Source of the DNA: Mobula hypostoma
Lineage: Eukaryota
Reading direction: 5' to 3'
Length of the DNA: 64,000 bases
NCBI RefSeq assembly: GCF_963921235.1
Contig: NC_086097.1
Location: 240,190,001 to 240,254,000 of the forward strand
The notes beneath the pieces were generated by a model, which ran no database searches, was not told the DNA's origin, and was given only the letters and a program-made list of their open reading frames with translations. Below are positions 24,948-36,639 of the stretch, piece by piece (the stretch's first letter is position 1; each line of letters starts with the position of its first letter). Made by a program: the position numbers and the translations under genes.

Positions 24948-25434
24948 TTTGAACTTTAGCATGCAAAATGTCCTGTAATATTGGGTTGAGCAGGCCTCTT
25001 CTTCCAAGAGTGTTTCAAGACGATGACCTCTTGTTTGTTTTTGCTGAATAAAACTCTTTTATATCCATTATCTTCAGTGTCTCTCCAGTGACTTTGTTCA
25101 CATCACAACATATCCCAATTAACTAGAATCCACCTCTATTTAAATGGCGATTGATAGGCTCTTGATTAGTAAGAGCATCTAAGATTACAGGGAGAGGCAG
25201 GAAAATGGGGTTAAGAGGAATAATGAATCATATTCCATCAGCAACGAAGATAGAAAAATAAATGTAAATGGGAGTATCCCAAGATAGCAAACTTACCAAA
25301 GTAATCGAACGATTTGAAGTGATAGGATGAGTCACAGTTATACAAGAGCAGACTGAAAGAGATGCAGCTTGATTATATACTTGAGCAAGGGAGGATTAAT
25401 GATGAATGTACAGGACTTTTGACTGAAGTATTAG

Positions 25435-25750
25435 ACCACGAGACCATAAGATATAGAAGCAGAATTAGGCTATTTGGCCCATCAGTTCAGCTCTACCATG
25501 GCTGGTCCATTTTCCCTCTCAGCCCCAAATTCCTGCCTTCTTCCCGTATCCTCTGCCGTAAATATAACCAATGACTGGGCCTCCACGGCCAAGTATGGCA
25601 AGGAATTTCACAGATTCACCTCTCCCTGGCTAAAGAAATTCCTCCTCATCTCCGTTCTAAATGGACATCCCTCTATTCTGAGGCTGTGTCCTCTGGTCTT
25701 AGAGTTTAGAAAACACCCTCTCCAAATCCATTCTATCGAGGCCTTGCAAT
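25435..25750 (-). mobile_element. CR1 3' fragment
   Basis: KTRGHSLRIEGCPFRTEMRRNFFSQ (ORF 25608-25805). ACCATAAG tail. Confidence 0.85.
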
Positions 25751-25809
25751 ATTTGGCTAAAATGTCTTGCAGCAGTAAAATAGGAAAATAAAAACATGGC
25801 AGCAAATGC

Positions 25810-26105
25810 AGGTGGCGTAGCGGTTAGCGCCAGCTGTAAGATCGGAGTTCAATTTCCAGCCGCTGACTGTAAGGAGTTTGTACATTCTCCCACAGGTTTC
25901 CTCTGCATGATCCCGTCTCGCCCCCATATTCCAAAGACAGATGGTTTAGTAAGTTGTGGGTATGCTATGTTGGCACTGGAAGTGTACTGACACTTGCAAG
26001 CTGCCCTTGTCACATTCTCGATGCAAAAAGACAGATTTCACCACATTTCGATGTTTTGATGTCCATGTGGCAAATAAAGCTAGTCTTTAAACCTTTAATC
26101 TTTAA
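25810..26105 (+). mobile_element. tRNA-derived V-SINE-type SINE, tail type B
   Basis: TGGCGTAGCGG A box, GTTCAATT B box, TGTAAGGAGTTTGTACATTCTCCC core. Tail as in 19125-19472. Confidence 0.8.
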
Positions 26106-26677
26106 AGCTCAATCAGACCATGCCTTGGAACCCTTTAAAACAACTTCATGTTTTATATTGGATGCATAAAGATGGTTTTTCCGGGTGCAATTTCATTGAT
26201 ATAAAACATCATTGTTTTTCAGTTTCTTTCTGGTTTTTTACTTTTTTTAGTTTCCAACTAAAGGTGAAGCAACATGAAAGTAAAGGAAAACAATCCTACA
26301 GGTAGGCATAGGTTCTTACGTGTATGTTACTTTAATAGACCAGATAACAATGTGAAAAACAAAGGATATTTCACTTGATAAAGTGATAGAAATTTCAAAT
26401 CATTTTAAGCCTGGTCCCTCGGAGATTATGGAAAGCAACAAACCTAAAGGCAGAAATTAAGTCTCAGTGCAGACATCCATGTACACAGTGACTCACCTAA
26501 CAGAGGTGCTACCTCACGAAGCCCGAGACCTGAGCTCCGTCCTGTCTTCAGTTGCTGTCTTTGGCAATCAGAATCATGATTGTAAAGTTCTACTATTCCT
26601 TGTTAGGCAGGTTGTTCATATCAGTTACTCACCACAAAACATACAGTGAAGTGCATTGTTTGCATTAGCAAAGAACC

Positions 26678-26950
26678 GGTAAGGTAGTGTACTGTTTAGC
26701 ACAACACTTTACAGTGCAGGCGACTCAGGTTCGATCGCTGCTGCTGTCAGTAAGGGGTTTGTATATTCTCCCCATAAACATGTGGCTTCCCTCTAGGTGC
26801 TCCGGTTTCCTCCCACGTTCCAAAGACGTACAGGTTGGTAGGTTAATTGGTCATTGTAAATTATCCCATGAGTAGGCTAGGGTTAAATCGAGTGCAGTCT
26901 GAAGGGCTGGAAGAGCCTATTCCACACGGTATCTCCATCAAAAAAAAATA
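26678..26950 (+). mobile_element. HE1-like V-SINE with CR1-derived tail (type A), inside a minus-strand non-coding repeat (~26590-27705)
   Basis: GGTAGTGTAC, GGTTCGATC, GGTGCTCCGGTTTCCTCCCAC..TCCAAAGACGTA core, GAAGGGCTGGAAGAGCCT..TCC 3' end, A-rich tail. Confidence 0.85.
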
Positions 26951-28049
26951 ACAAATGCAGCCCACAAGCGTTGCGACACATTCTGCCCACAATGCTCGAC
27001 AAAACAACACAGAACACAACAAGCAACAAAACAATAACAGCAAAACAACACCTTGTTCCTCCCTCCCAAATATTCACATGACACTCTAACTCCAAGAGAG
27101 TCCATATTCTTCAGCCACCACCCTCCACCGGACTTGGACTCAGACTCAGGTTCAAATACGGACAGGCAGTCGTCGGGCCTTCTACTTCCCCAGAAGACCT
27201 GCAGGGATGTGCAGACCTGGGGCTTGGGTCAAAGGGCCTCAACTTTCAGACTTCCAATTCATCCCTTGGGACTCAGTCCCTGGCAATTACCAAAGGACCC
27301 GCTGATCACCGAACACTAGGCCTCAAACTTCATTCTGACTGATTTGCAAAACCCAGAGGACTATCAGACCGCGCCCCACGTGCTCGCATAGGATTTTGAC
27401 TTTGGAACCAGCCGACAATTCACTGACCCTGGGAGAGCCACGAGCCATTGTCTATGCTGGTGTGCCGGCCAAACCTCCCGTCCTGGTTGGCGAATGTCCC
27501 ATGACACTTCACTGTCCTTTAAAAGTGGAGAGGTGACTTCAGCTTGTCCTCTAATTCCCCACATCCCTATTCCTAAGAAACTCTAACCTTACCCCTCACT
27601 CTCCTCTCTGTCCCCAAAAATATCCCCACAAACCCAAAGAAACAGTAAAAAGCAACTAAATTGGAGCCACAACCTCAATAGAGGTCACAGTTTGCTGCCA
27701 TTTTGAGTATCTTTCTTAGTGGTTTCAGGAATTACACACCCAATACATAAATGACAGGGAGTATTAAGCATGAACAGACGGTAGTCATTTCATCAAATTG
27801 CCTTATTATGAAAATGCTGACATCAAGTAGAGAGATGTATATACTGCCTTGCTGCTTTACTGGCAGTTGATGATGATTTTCCTGTAATGGTGATGGAAAT
27901 AATGAGACTGGGCTAGAGAGAACCAGTGCTGAAACAAATATATGAGTGTGTTTTGAATGGTTGAGTCGATTCAGACATATGTTTTGATAAAAATCTTTCC
28001 ATCTCATTTTCCATTTTACTCAACTTGAAAAGTTTAAAAATAAAGCATT

Positions 28050-28205
28050 GGAGTCAAGCTGTGGCTCAGCTGGCAGCAGACCAGAACATTCAGAATGAAA
28101 GGCTCTTTCTGAAGATTTGAGTGCAATGGTTTTGGCTGGCACTGCAATGCAGTACCAAGGATGTTCTGTATTGTCAGACGCATATCTTTTGGCCGAGATG
28201 TCAGT
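28050..28205 (+). mobile_element. Ancient DeuSINE (SacSINE1/AmnSINE1-like) relic
   Basis: GTGGCTCAG.TGG head, then GGCTGGCACTGCAATGCAGTAC...TGT.TTGTCAGA.GC..ATCTTTTGG..GAGATGT resembling the Deu domain. Confidence 0.55.
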
Positions 28206-28454
28206 AAATTTGTGACTTTATTAAAAAAAGTTATGTGAATCTGAGTGATTTTGGTAATTTCCTGTCTTTAATTAAATATTCAAACTTTTAATAATTTATA
28301 TGATGTAAAAGTGCTTTTAAATAAATAAGTTTCTTAAAACCTTTATTTTATTTCTTTAAATTTGAATGGTTTCCGCATCATAAGGCATTTAGAAACAGTG
28401 GAAATCTTTATTGATAATGCTAGTGTTGCTTTTATTCATTTTTCAGGCTCATGT

Positions 28455-28690
28455 GTCATAGGTTAAGGGTGAAAGGTGAAATGCTAAAGGGGAACATGAG
28501 GGGGCACCTCTTCACTCAGAGGTTGTTGAGAGTGTGGAACGAGCTGCCAGCGCAAGTGGTGCATGCGGGTTCAGATAACTACATGTTTGAGAAGGGTTAT
28601 GAGGGCTTTGATCCAGATGCATTTTGAACGATTAGGCAGAATAATAGTTCAGCATGGATCAGATAGACCAAAGGGCCTGGAGTGTTTTGC
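28455..28690 (+). mobile_element. CR1 3' fragment followed by an older decayed LINE remnant (~28705-29150)
   Basis: FTQR..RVWNELPAQVV motif, shared with 57671-57931. Confidence 0.7.
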
Positions 28691-29574
28691 GGCTCTCTCT
28701 GTGTGTTACTGGTAAAGACTATATCTGTTACCCATCTCCAAATCTGCCAGAAAGGTTGACAGTGAATCAGCTCCTTGAATCTCTAAGGTCCTTTTGGTTA
28801 AGAGGCTTTCACAGTGTTTTTGGATAGAGTTCACGGACTTAAATTGATCCATATGTCAAGATGCTGTGTCAATTGTCAAACTGGGTTTCAAGATGATGTG
28901 TAACTTGCAAGAGGACCTTCAGCTGAAGTATTCCATATAACTGCTGCCCTTACACTTCTGAGTGGTAGATGTTGTGGGTTTGTAGGTGGTGTCAAACTTA
29001 ATCAGGTGAACACAGTGTGTAAGTTGTCTATTCCGTGACTACTGTGCATTGGTGATGGAAGGCATTTAATAATTAGGCTAGTTGTGAATTTGTGCCAATC
29101 AAGTTGGTATTATGTCCTGGATGATGCTAGTGAGTATTCTGGAGTTATGTGAATATAGCAATCATTAATTCAAACAAGAAACAGGCTTCAGTTCTTAATA
29201 TAAATAAAAATAAGTTCAGGAAGCTTGCAATGAGCCTTCAGTGTTTTTTTTTGTAAGTTGCAAGCAGTAAATTGGACTTAAAACCATAGGCTTCTCCACA
29301 GACTTAGAATTTGCATATGCAAATGTAAAGACAATGGGGTTGTGTTAATCGGCCTGCATCAAATTAGACAACAGGACTAAATTATTTGCACCACTATGAC
29401 TGAGTTCAAGCTGGCAGACCAGACTGATGTTGTGACTTAGCACATCAAACATGGTCACAGGTTTAGTTTTGTGTACTTATGATAGTGGTGTACTCAGCGA
29501 CAACATGAAGTTTGGATATCTGGGATTTCTGCCCCCGAAAGCTCTTAGACTATTTGTGTGAACTACTTTATGAC

Positions 29575-30728
29575 TCTTTCAATATTTTTATTAGTTATTG
29601 CATAAAGGAATACAGAGTACAAGAAGATATATATTATAACTCAAAAGAAAAAAATAAGATAGTACCAAATACATTATATTAAAAATACAGTTACAATCAC
29701 AGAACCCTGTATTCATAAAAACTAGATTAAATCGTAATATTGAAATATAATAATTTTGTTACACAGAAAAAAATCTAAACCCACTACCAAAGTCAGAGCT
29801 GTTAGGAATAGCAAAAAAAAGGGGGGAAACTCCTTATCACATAGCAAAATGTATTATTAGCCACCATCTGTACTTTTACAACAATTCAAAGGTTTTGAAA
29901 ATAACTCAAAAATGGTCCTGACAATGTATAAAAGTCTTGGCTAGATTCAAAAACTGAACAACGAATCTTCTCTAAATTTAAGCATGACATAACATCGCGT
30001 AACCATTGAGCATGAGTAGACGGAGCAGCATCCTTCCACTTAAGCAAGAGCGCCCTCCTAGCTATAAGAGAAATAAAAGCCAAAATATGCAGATCGGTTG
30101 TCTCCAAAATAAAGTTTTTTCCTCCAGCTATCCCAAATAATGTGGTCAAAGGGTTAGGCTTAAAATTTATCTTGAAAAGTACCGAGAAAATTTGAAATCC
30201 TTCCAATATCTTTCAAGACTCGGACATGGCCAAGACATGTGAATAAATGAAACTTCTCCATTATAACGTCTATCACAGAAAGGAGATATATCCGAATAAA
30301 AACGAGATGGCTTAGCTTTAGACATGTGAGCCCTAAGAACCATTTTAAATTGTAAGAGGGAATGACGGGCACATAACGATGAAGTGTTCACCAGTTTAAA
30401 CATTTCATTCCAAGTTTCCTCAGAAATTGAAGTCTATAAATCTTGTTCTCAAAGATTTTTAAGTTTTTCTATAGGAACATTGCTCATTCCTAGCAACATA
30501 CCATAAATATCGGATATTGAACCATTATAAAAAGGTTTCAGATTAAAAATTACACCTAATAAGTCTTTATCAAAACTTAAAGTAAATCATATAATTGAGA
30601 AAGCAGAAAGTCTCTAATTTGTAAATAACGAAAAAAGTGAGTTTTGGGTAACCTATATTTAGTTGACATTTGCTCAAAAGAAAGAGGACTTCCTCCAACA
30701 AACAAATCCTGGAAGCATTTAATACCCA
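29575..30728 (-). mobile_element. 5'-truncated L1-clade LINE (ORF2 C-terminal Cys/His region plus 3' UTR)
   Basis: LLQFKMVLRAH, FCDR...HMSWPCPSL..YW and LFGI...IARRALLLKWK...WLRD....LEKIR (ORFs 30167-30403, 29886-30206). Degenerate TSD GAACTACTTTATGAC (29560-29574) / GAGTTACTTTGTGAC (30729-30743). Confidence 0.9.
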
Positions 30729-30769
30729 GAGTTACTTTGTGACAAAGGTACCTGAATATTCAGGCCATC

Positions 30770-31010
30770 TGTTACCGTAGATATGTAATTCAAAGGAAGC
30801 ATTGTTGCCCCAAAATATTGAAGGAAATGATGTCATTGTAACTACTGAAATTGCATTGTATCAGTTAAGGGTATAAAAATATGATGGATTTTTGGGATGT
30901 GAGCCTCTATTAGAGTGTCTCTAGTAGGATGCCTGTTTGTTGTGATGAATAAAAACTTCTATATCATCAACTTCAGTGCCTCTCTGGCAAACTTGATCAC
31001 ACTCATAACA
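30770..31010 (+). mobile_element. Probable solo LTR
   Basis: TGTTA...TAACA inverted termini, TATA-like GTATAAAA at ~30871, AATAAA at ~30948. No clear TSD. Confidence 0.55.
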
Positions 31011-31247
31011 AATACTGTCCAACCTTTTCGGGATTGCTACCCTCAATCATCCAGACAAGTGGTGAATATTCTATCCTGTTCCTGACTGTTGCTTGTAGAC
31101 GGTGGAAAGGATTTGTGTCACCAGAAGTGTCACTTGCTCCAGGGTGCTGAAATGAACATTTGATAGTCATGGTATTCACATGGCTTGATCTGTTGAGTTT
31201 CTGGTCAGTAGTGACAGCAACAATGCTTCCGACAACAATTAACTGTA

Positions 31248-31404
31248 ATGCAAGAGTTTCTGCAGAAGCTGGAAATCTAAAGTAACACACACAAAACGAT
31301 GGAGGAACTCAGTATCTATGTCCTGAGGAAAACTCTTGAATGTCAACTGTTTATCTTCTCCATTGATGCTGCCCGTCCTGCTGAGTTCCTCCAGCACTTT
31401 GTGC
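31248..31404. mobile_element. Fold-back Penelope-derived mini-element with 13-bp TSD
   Basis: Arms CACAAAACGATGGAGGAACTCAG / CTGAGTTCCTCCAGCACTTTGTG. Decayed hammerhead (CCTGAGGAA...GAATGTCAACTG). TSD ACAATTAACTGTA (31235-31247) / ACAATTAACGGTA (31405-31417). Confidence 0.8.
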
Positions 31405-31430
31405 ACAATTAACGGTAGCTGTTTAACATT

Positions 31431-32037
31431 TAGATTATGAAGACACGTAGTCCCCTTTTATTGTCATTTAGTAATGCATGCATTAAGAAATGATACATTA
31501 TTTCCTCCGGTGTGATATCACAAAAACAGGACTGAAAAAACTGACAAAACCACATAATTATACATATAGTTACAACAGTGCAACAATACCATAACTTGAT
31601 GAAGAAAGTCCGTGAGCACAGTAAAGTTCAAAGTTTCTGAAATGTCCCACATCTCACACAGACGGGAGAAGGAGGAAAAACTCTCCCAGCCATGCCGACC
31701 ACAGTCCGACTCTGAGTCATTCGAAAACTTCGAGTTCTGATCAGCTCTCTGACACCGAGTACTGAGCGCCATCTCTGTCCGAGAGATTCGACCTCTTTCT
31801 CAGTCACCAAAAGCAGGCAAGGCCGGAGATTTTGAGGCCTACCCTCCAAAAGATTCCCGACCACACAGTAACGACAGCAGCGGACAGGATTTTCAGAAAT
31901 TTCTCCAGATGTTCCTCTGTGATTTCACGTCCATTCTCCATCAAATCAGAATTGCCCACGGCCCCTATTTAACAGATACAACATCATTTTTCACCGGAGA
32001 GCTGCGCACACGCGGCGCGCAGCCATCTTCTCCTCCC
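31431..32037 (-). mobile_element. Non-autonomous retroelement with GGGAGGAGAAGATGG start and (AATCT)n tail, copy 1
   Basis: End-to-end similarity with 54914-55580. CpG-rich. No conserved RT ORF and no obvious Pol III boxes. Confidence 0.8.
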
Positions 32038-32389
32038 GCAAGTAAAAGATCACCTTGTCATCGTCACCTTGTAATTTGGGAAAAAGATTGTCTTATTTTA
32101 TTTAGATACAGCAGTGAAGACCCTTCTGGCCCAATGAGTCTGCACCACCACATCACAACCATCTGACCAATTAGCCTACTGACCCATATAGAAACCGGAG
32201 CACTTGAAGGAAATGGTCACCTAGGAGAACATACAAACTCCTTACAGTGGGGATGTCGTGCTGTTCCCAGGCACAATTGGCTAGCTTGTTTCCTGCATGA
32301 CTACATTAACTACATTTATTTGGCTTTCAACTGCTTTGAATTGTGGAAATCTATAACCTCACACTGGCACACCTCCCTTCATAAATTCT

Positions 32390-33070
32390 GATAGAGTATT
32401 GCACTCAGTTTTAGTCACCCTGCTATAGGGAAGGTGTTATTGAAATGGAAAGAGTACAGGAATGATTTACAAAGATATTATCAGGATCTGGGGTATCGAA
32501 TTATCGGGAGAGGTTAAACAAGCTTGGACTTTGTAGCACAGAAATGATTTTCAAGGATGTTACCAGAACCTGGGGGATTGAATTACAGGGAGAGGTTGAA
32601 CAGGCTTGGACTTTATAGGGCAGAAATGACTTACAAGGATTTTATGGGGTCTGGGGTATTGAAGTAAAGGGAGAGATTGAACAGGCTAGGACTTACTTAC
32701 TTTGAACATGGGAGCATGAGTGGTGATCTTTCAGCGATGTACAAAAATCATGAGGGACATACATGTTGTGAATACAGCCAGTCTTTTTCCCAGAGCTGGG
32801 AAATCAAGAACCATAGGGCCTAAGTTTAAGATGAGAGGAGAATGATTTAGTAAGAAATTGGTGAGGGAGGGCAGAACTTTATTTAAATAAAAGGTGGTAT
32901 CCATGTGGAATGTGCTTCCAAAGAAATTGGTTAAGACAAACATAATAGCAATTCATAAAAAACAATTGGACAGGAACAGTTTGGAAATTTATGGGTCAAA
33001 TGCTGGTAAGTGGGACTAGCTTGGTCAGCATGGATCATTTGGGCTGAATGGCCTGTTTCTGAGCTGTGCA
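32390..33070 (+). mobile_element. Old CR1 3' fragment with an internal ~80-bp tandem triplication (~32460-32700)
   Basis: Three imperfect copies of GAA(A)TGAtTTaCAAgGAT...GGGAGAGgTTgAACAgGCTtGGACTT. CR1 3' end GGGCTGAATGGCCTGTTTCTG.GCTGT. Confidence 0.75.
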
Positions 33071-33084
33071 GGTACTTTTTTTTA

Positions 33085-33360
33085 CTTTATCAAGATATAG
33101 TGTGGAATCAGCCCTTCCAGCCCTTCAAGCCATGCCATCTGGCAATCCCCCAATTTAATTCTACCCTAATAATGAGACCGTTTACAACGATCAATTAAGT
33201 TACCAACCAGTACATCTTTGGACAATAGAAGGAAACTAGAGCACCTGGAGGAAACCCACGGGGTCACGAGGAGTACGTACAAACTCCTTACAGGCAGCTG
33301 CCGGGATTGAACACGGGTCACCTGTACTGTAAAGCATTGTGCCACTACACTATTGTGCCA
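33085..33360 (-). mobile_element. HE1-like V-SINE (type A)
   Basis: Reverse complement of 45247-45530: GGCACAATAGTGTAGTGG head, GTTCAATCCC B box, V core, CR1-like tail. Confidence 0.85.
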
Positions 33361-33388
33361 TACTACTGTATGTGTCTATAAATGAAGA

Positions 33389-33482
33389 GATGAAGGGTCT
33401 CGGCCTGAAATATCGACTGTTTACTCTTTTCCTTAGATGTTGCCTAGCCTGCTGAGTTCCTTCAGCATTCTGTGTGTGTTGA
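33389..33482 (+). mobile_element. PLE terminal tip with truncated hammerhead
   Basis: GATGAAGGGTCTCGGCCTGAAATATCGACTG...CTGCTGAGTTCC..CAGCATT.TGTGTGTGTT matches 9697-9787. Confidence 0.75.
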
Positions 33483-33900
33483 TATAAATGTAATATTTTT
33501 CCCACCTCTGGCTTTCCACCAGTTTTGGACATGTCCCTGATGTTGGTAAGACTCTATTGAGAGGAGAGTTGAGTCAAACTAACTGAATTGCTTATACATA
33601 TCACTACACTGGACACAATAGGCTTGATTGCCTTTCTAACCATCCGGTGTTTTTATTTTTATTTTAAAGCCATTGTAATAAAAGCTCCACACATTGTTCA
33701 AATATATTCTGAAAACAAATCATTTAGCTTTTCTATAAATTCATTAGAGAAAGTTTATACTGGTGACAGCATAGATGGAATCAATACAAAATTAAATTAC
33801 TATGGAACTTAATTTGGTTCAATGTGATTCAGATTTTAATAATCTGGACCAGGATTCCACCAGGCCCAATAAGTACAAATTCTGCTTGTGCTTTGCTTAG

Positions 33901-33951
33901 GGCGACCGTAATGTCACCAGCACGAATCAATGCAATACTCTTGACTGGCAG
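33901..33951 (+). CDS. Candidate 51-nt frame-preserving exon of an unidentified host gene (GDRNVTSTNQCNTLDWQ in phase 0)
   Basis: Acceptor TTCTGCTTGTGCTTTGCTTAG and donor CAG|GTGAGC. Length divisible by 3, open in two frames, three CpGs. Sits in a ~700 bp stretch with no recognisable TE. Confidence 0.5.
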
Positions 33952-34226
33952 GTGAGCACAGCTTTCAGAGATGACTCAAACCTCCACTGGGATTCCTCTT
34001 TGTGACAGAAGAGAACATCACTGCCTTAGTATTCATGAATGTGAATTCATGTGGGGACATAAAGAAGGCCTTTTTCTGTCTATCATAGCAGCTAGAAAAG
34101 AGTTAAGTCAAGAATTTAGTGTTTGATTTTCATCAGAATAACTTAAATTTTGCCCCATTATAATATAGCCAGGATTTCAGCAATTAAAATAGTGCTAACT
34201 TTGTGAATAATTGCAATTATCTAGAG

Positions 34227-34309
34227 CAGGTGTTCCCAGTCTTTCCTTTTTTGCCATGGATCAATACTATTAAGCGATGGGTCCATGCACCCCAGGTTGG
34301 AAGCTTCTG
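34227..34309. mobile_element. hAT (Charlie-like) MITE, 83 bp, with 8-bp TSD
   Basis: TIRs CAGGTGTTCCCA / AGGTTGGAAGCTTCTG. Perfect TSD ATCTAGAG at 34219-34226 and 34310-34317 (typical nTCTAGAn hAT target). Confidence 0.85.
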
Positions 34310-34319
34310 ATCTAGAGGT

Positions 34320-34560
34320 TGACTCACCTCTGAGTTAGAAGACCATGAGCTGAAATCCCAATCCAGATACCTGAACTCAGGCACCCAAATGACCCTTCAG
34401 TGCAGAAGGACGCTAGAGAAGGTGGATGGGATGGTGATGTGATGGGTGAGATGAAGGTTGATTGGGAATGAGCAGGACGAACTGTGAAGGCTGTAGCCTT
34501 TCAAGTGAGATGTTGAACCCAAGGTTGTATCCATTGTCTTAGGTGAACGAATATTGTCTT
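34320..34560 (+). mobile_element. Ancient DeuSINE relic
   Basis: ACTCACCTCTGAGT.AGAAG...AAATCCCA.TCCAGA...TGAC.CTTCAGTGCAG and CTTTCAAGTGAGATGTTGAACCCAAGG resemble SacSINE1/AmnSINE1. Confidence 0.5.
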
Positions 34561-34699
34561 AAAGTGGATGGTGATCTCCTGCCTGGGAAGTGACTTAGAT
34601 CCATCCGCTCCTACCAGAGCAGCAAGTCCACAGCAGATGACATCTCACTGGCTCTTCACTCAACCATGGAACATTTGGACAATAAAGGTGCATAAACCA

Positions 34700-35324
34700 G
34701 GGCGCTCTTTATCAACGACAACTCAGCATTGAATACCATCTGTACTGGTGACTGACTATTGTCTGAAAGTGAATGACTACTTGCTTCAATGAATAATATC
34801 TAGGAGCATTTCCATCCAATGTGATGAAATGCTTTGAGAGGTTGGTCATGAAACATCTCAGCTCCTGCCTGAGAAGTGATTTGGAACCGATTTGCCTACC
34901 ATAGCAACAGATCAACAGCAGATGCTATTTCATTGGCTCTTCACTCAGCCCTTGGAATATCTGGATAGTAAAGTTGCATACATTAGGATTCTCATTACTG
35001 AATACAACTCTGCATTCAACACTATCATCTCTTCAAAACTAACCAATAAGCTCCAAGTCATAGTCCTTCTGCAAATGGATCCTCAGTTTCCTCACTTGCA
35101 GATCCCAGTCAGTTCGGAATAGCAACAACAATCACTATCACAACAATCCTCCACAATCACTATAAGTACAGTTTCACCAAAAGGCTGTGTGCTTAGACCC
35201 CTGATCTACTTGCTTTATACTTATGATGGTAGGACTAACCACAGATCCAATGCTATATTTAAGTTTGCTGATTACACCACTGTTTCTGTTGTTGGCTGAA
35301 TCAAAGGTAGTGCGTAATCCGCAT
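34700..35324 (+). mobile_element. Rex1/Babar RT, left part; the frame resumes at 38172
   Basis: VMKCFERLVMKH, FAY..NRST.DAI, Y.RIL..EYNSAFNTII and IFKFADYTTV motifs. Confidence 0.85.
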
Positions 35325-35333
35325 GTGACAGTT

Positions 35334-35470
35334 CAAGTCAAGTCAAGTCACTTTTTATTGTGATATTGACCATAACTGCTGGTACAGTACACAGTAAAAA
35401 CAAGGCAACGTTTTTCAGGACCATGGTGCTACATGAAACAATATAAAAACTACACTGAACTATGTAAATA
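35334..35470 (-). mobile_element. 3' tip of a (TTGAC)n-tailed Rex1-type LINE
   Basis: CAAGTCAAGTCAAGTCA tail. Nearly identical to 37334-37475. Confidence 0.8.
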
Positions 35471-35749
35471 GGTGACCAGAAATGCACATAATACTCCAAA
35501 TTAGCCTCTCAGATGTCTTGGACAACTTCAACATAACATCCCAACTCCCGTCCTCAATATGTTGATTTATGAAGACCAATGTGTCAAAAGCTCTCTTTAT
35601 GACCCTATCCTCTGAAAAGTAAGGGAAGGGATGATTGATGGTATGAACAAGTGACATTTGCTAAGGAAAACTTATTCACAGAAGTTAATTTTGGGTTTTG
35701 CCAAAATAATGCAGCTCCTGATCTCATTACAGCCACCTGTCGAATGCGG

Positions 35750-36355
35750 AAAGATTCTTGAAAGAATGTATACGGAGAGGTTGCTTCTTGTGGTGGGGGA
35801 GTCTAAGACCAGAGGACACAGCCTCAGAATAGAGAGGTGTCCTTTTAGAACGCAGATAATGAGGAATTTCTTTAGCCAGAGAGTGGTAAATCTGTGGAAT
35901 TCTTTGCCACAGGCAGTTGAGGAGGCCAAGTCTTTAGACCATAAGACCATAAGACAAAGGAGCAGAAGTTGGCCAATCGGCCCATCGAGTCTGCTCCGCA
36001 ATTTTTATCCTGAACTGATCCATTCTCCCATTTAGTCCCGCTCCCCCGCCTTCTCACCATAACCTTTGATGCCCTGGCTATTCGGACACCTATGAATCTC
36101 TGCCTTAAGTACAAATATAAAAATATACAGTAATATAAATTATGTATATTTAAGTCATAGTGATAGTCATACTTTATTGATCCCGGGGAAAACTGAATAA
36201 GGCAGAGATTTTTGACTGGTCAGGACATGAAAGGATACAGGGAGAAGGCAGGAGATTGGGACTGAGAAGAAAATTGGATCAGCCATGATGAAATAGCAGA
36301 ATGGAATTGATGGGCCAAATAGCCTAATTCTACTCCTCGATCTCATGGTCTCAGG
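35750..36355 (+). mobile_element. CR1 3' fragment interrupted by an antisense CR1 3' tip (~35935-36112)
   Basis: VGESKTRGHSLRIE.CPFRT..MRNFFSQRVVNLWNSLPQA (ORF 35658-36035). The inner copy matches 17965-18135. Confidence 0.85.
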
Positions 36356-36639
36356 TTCTAAACAGTGAGATAACCTTTATTTTAAAATTAAAAATAAGCT
36401 TTATTTGTCACATGTACATTGGAATATTGAGTCATTCAGTGAAATGATTCATTTGCCACGTGCTGCCATGCTTCTGGCACCAAAAAAACATACCCACAAT
36501 TCCCTGACCCTCACCCGTACATCTTGGGATCATGAGAGGGAACTGGAGGAAGCCGAGGTAGTCAGCGTTATGCTAACCCCTACATATTACCGTGCTGTCC
36601 CATATGGACAAGCGTGCTGAACTCACAATGATTTGAGTG

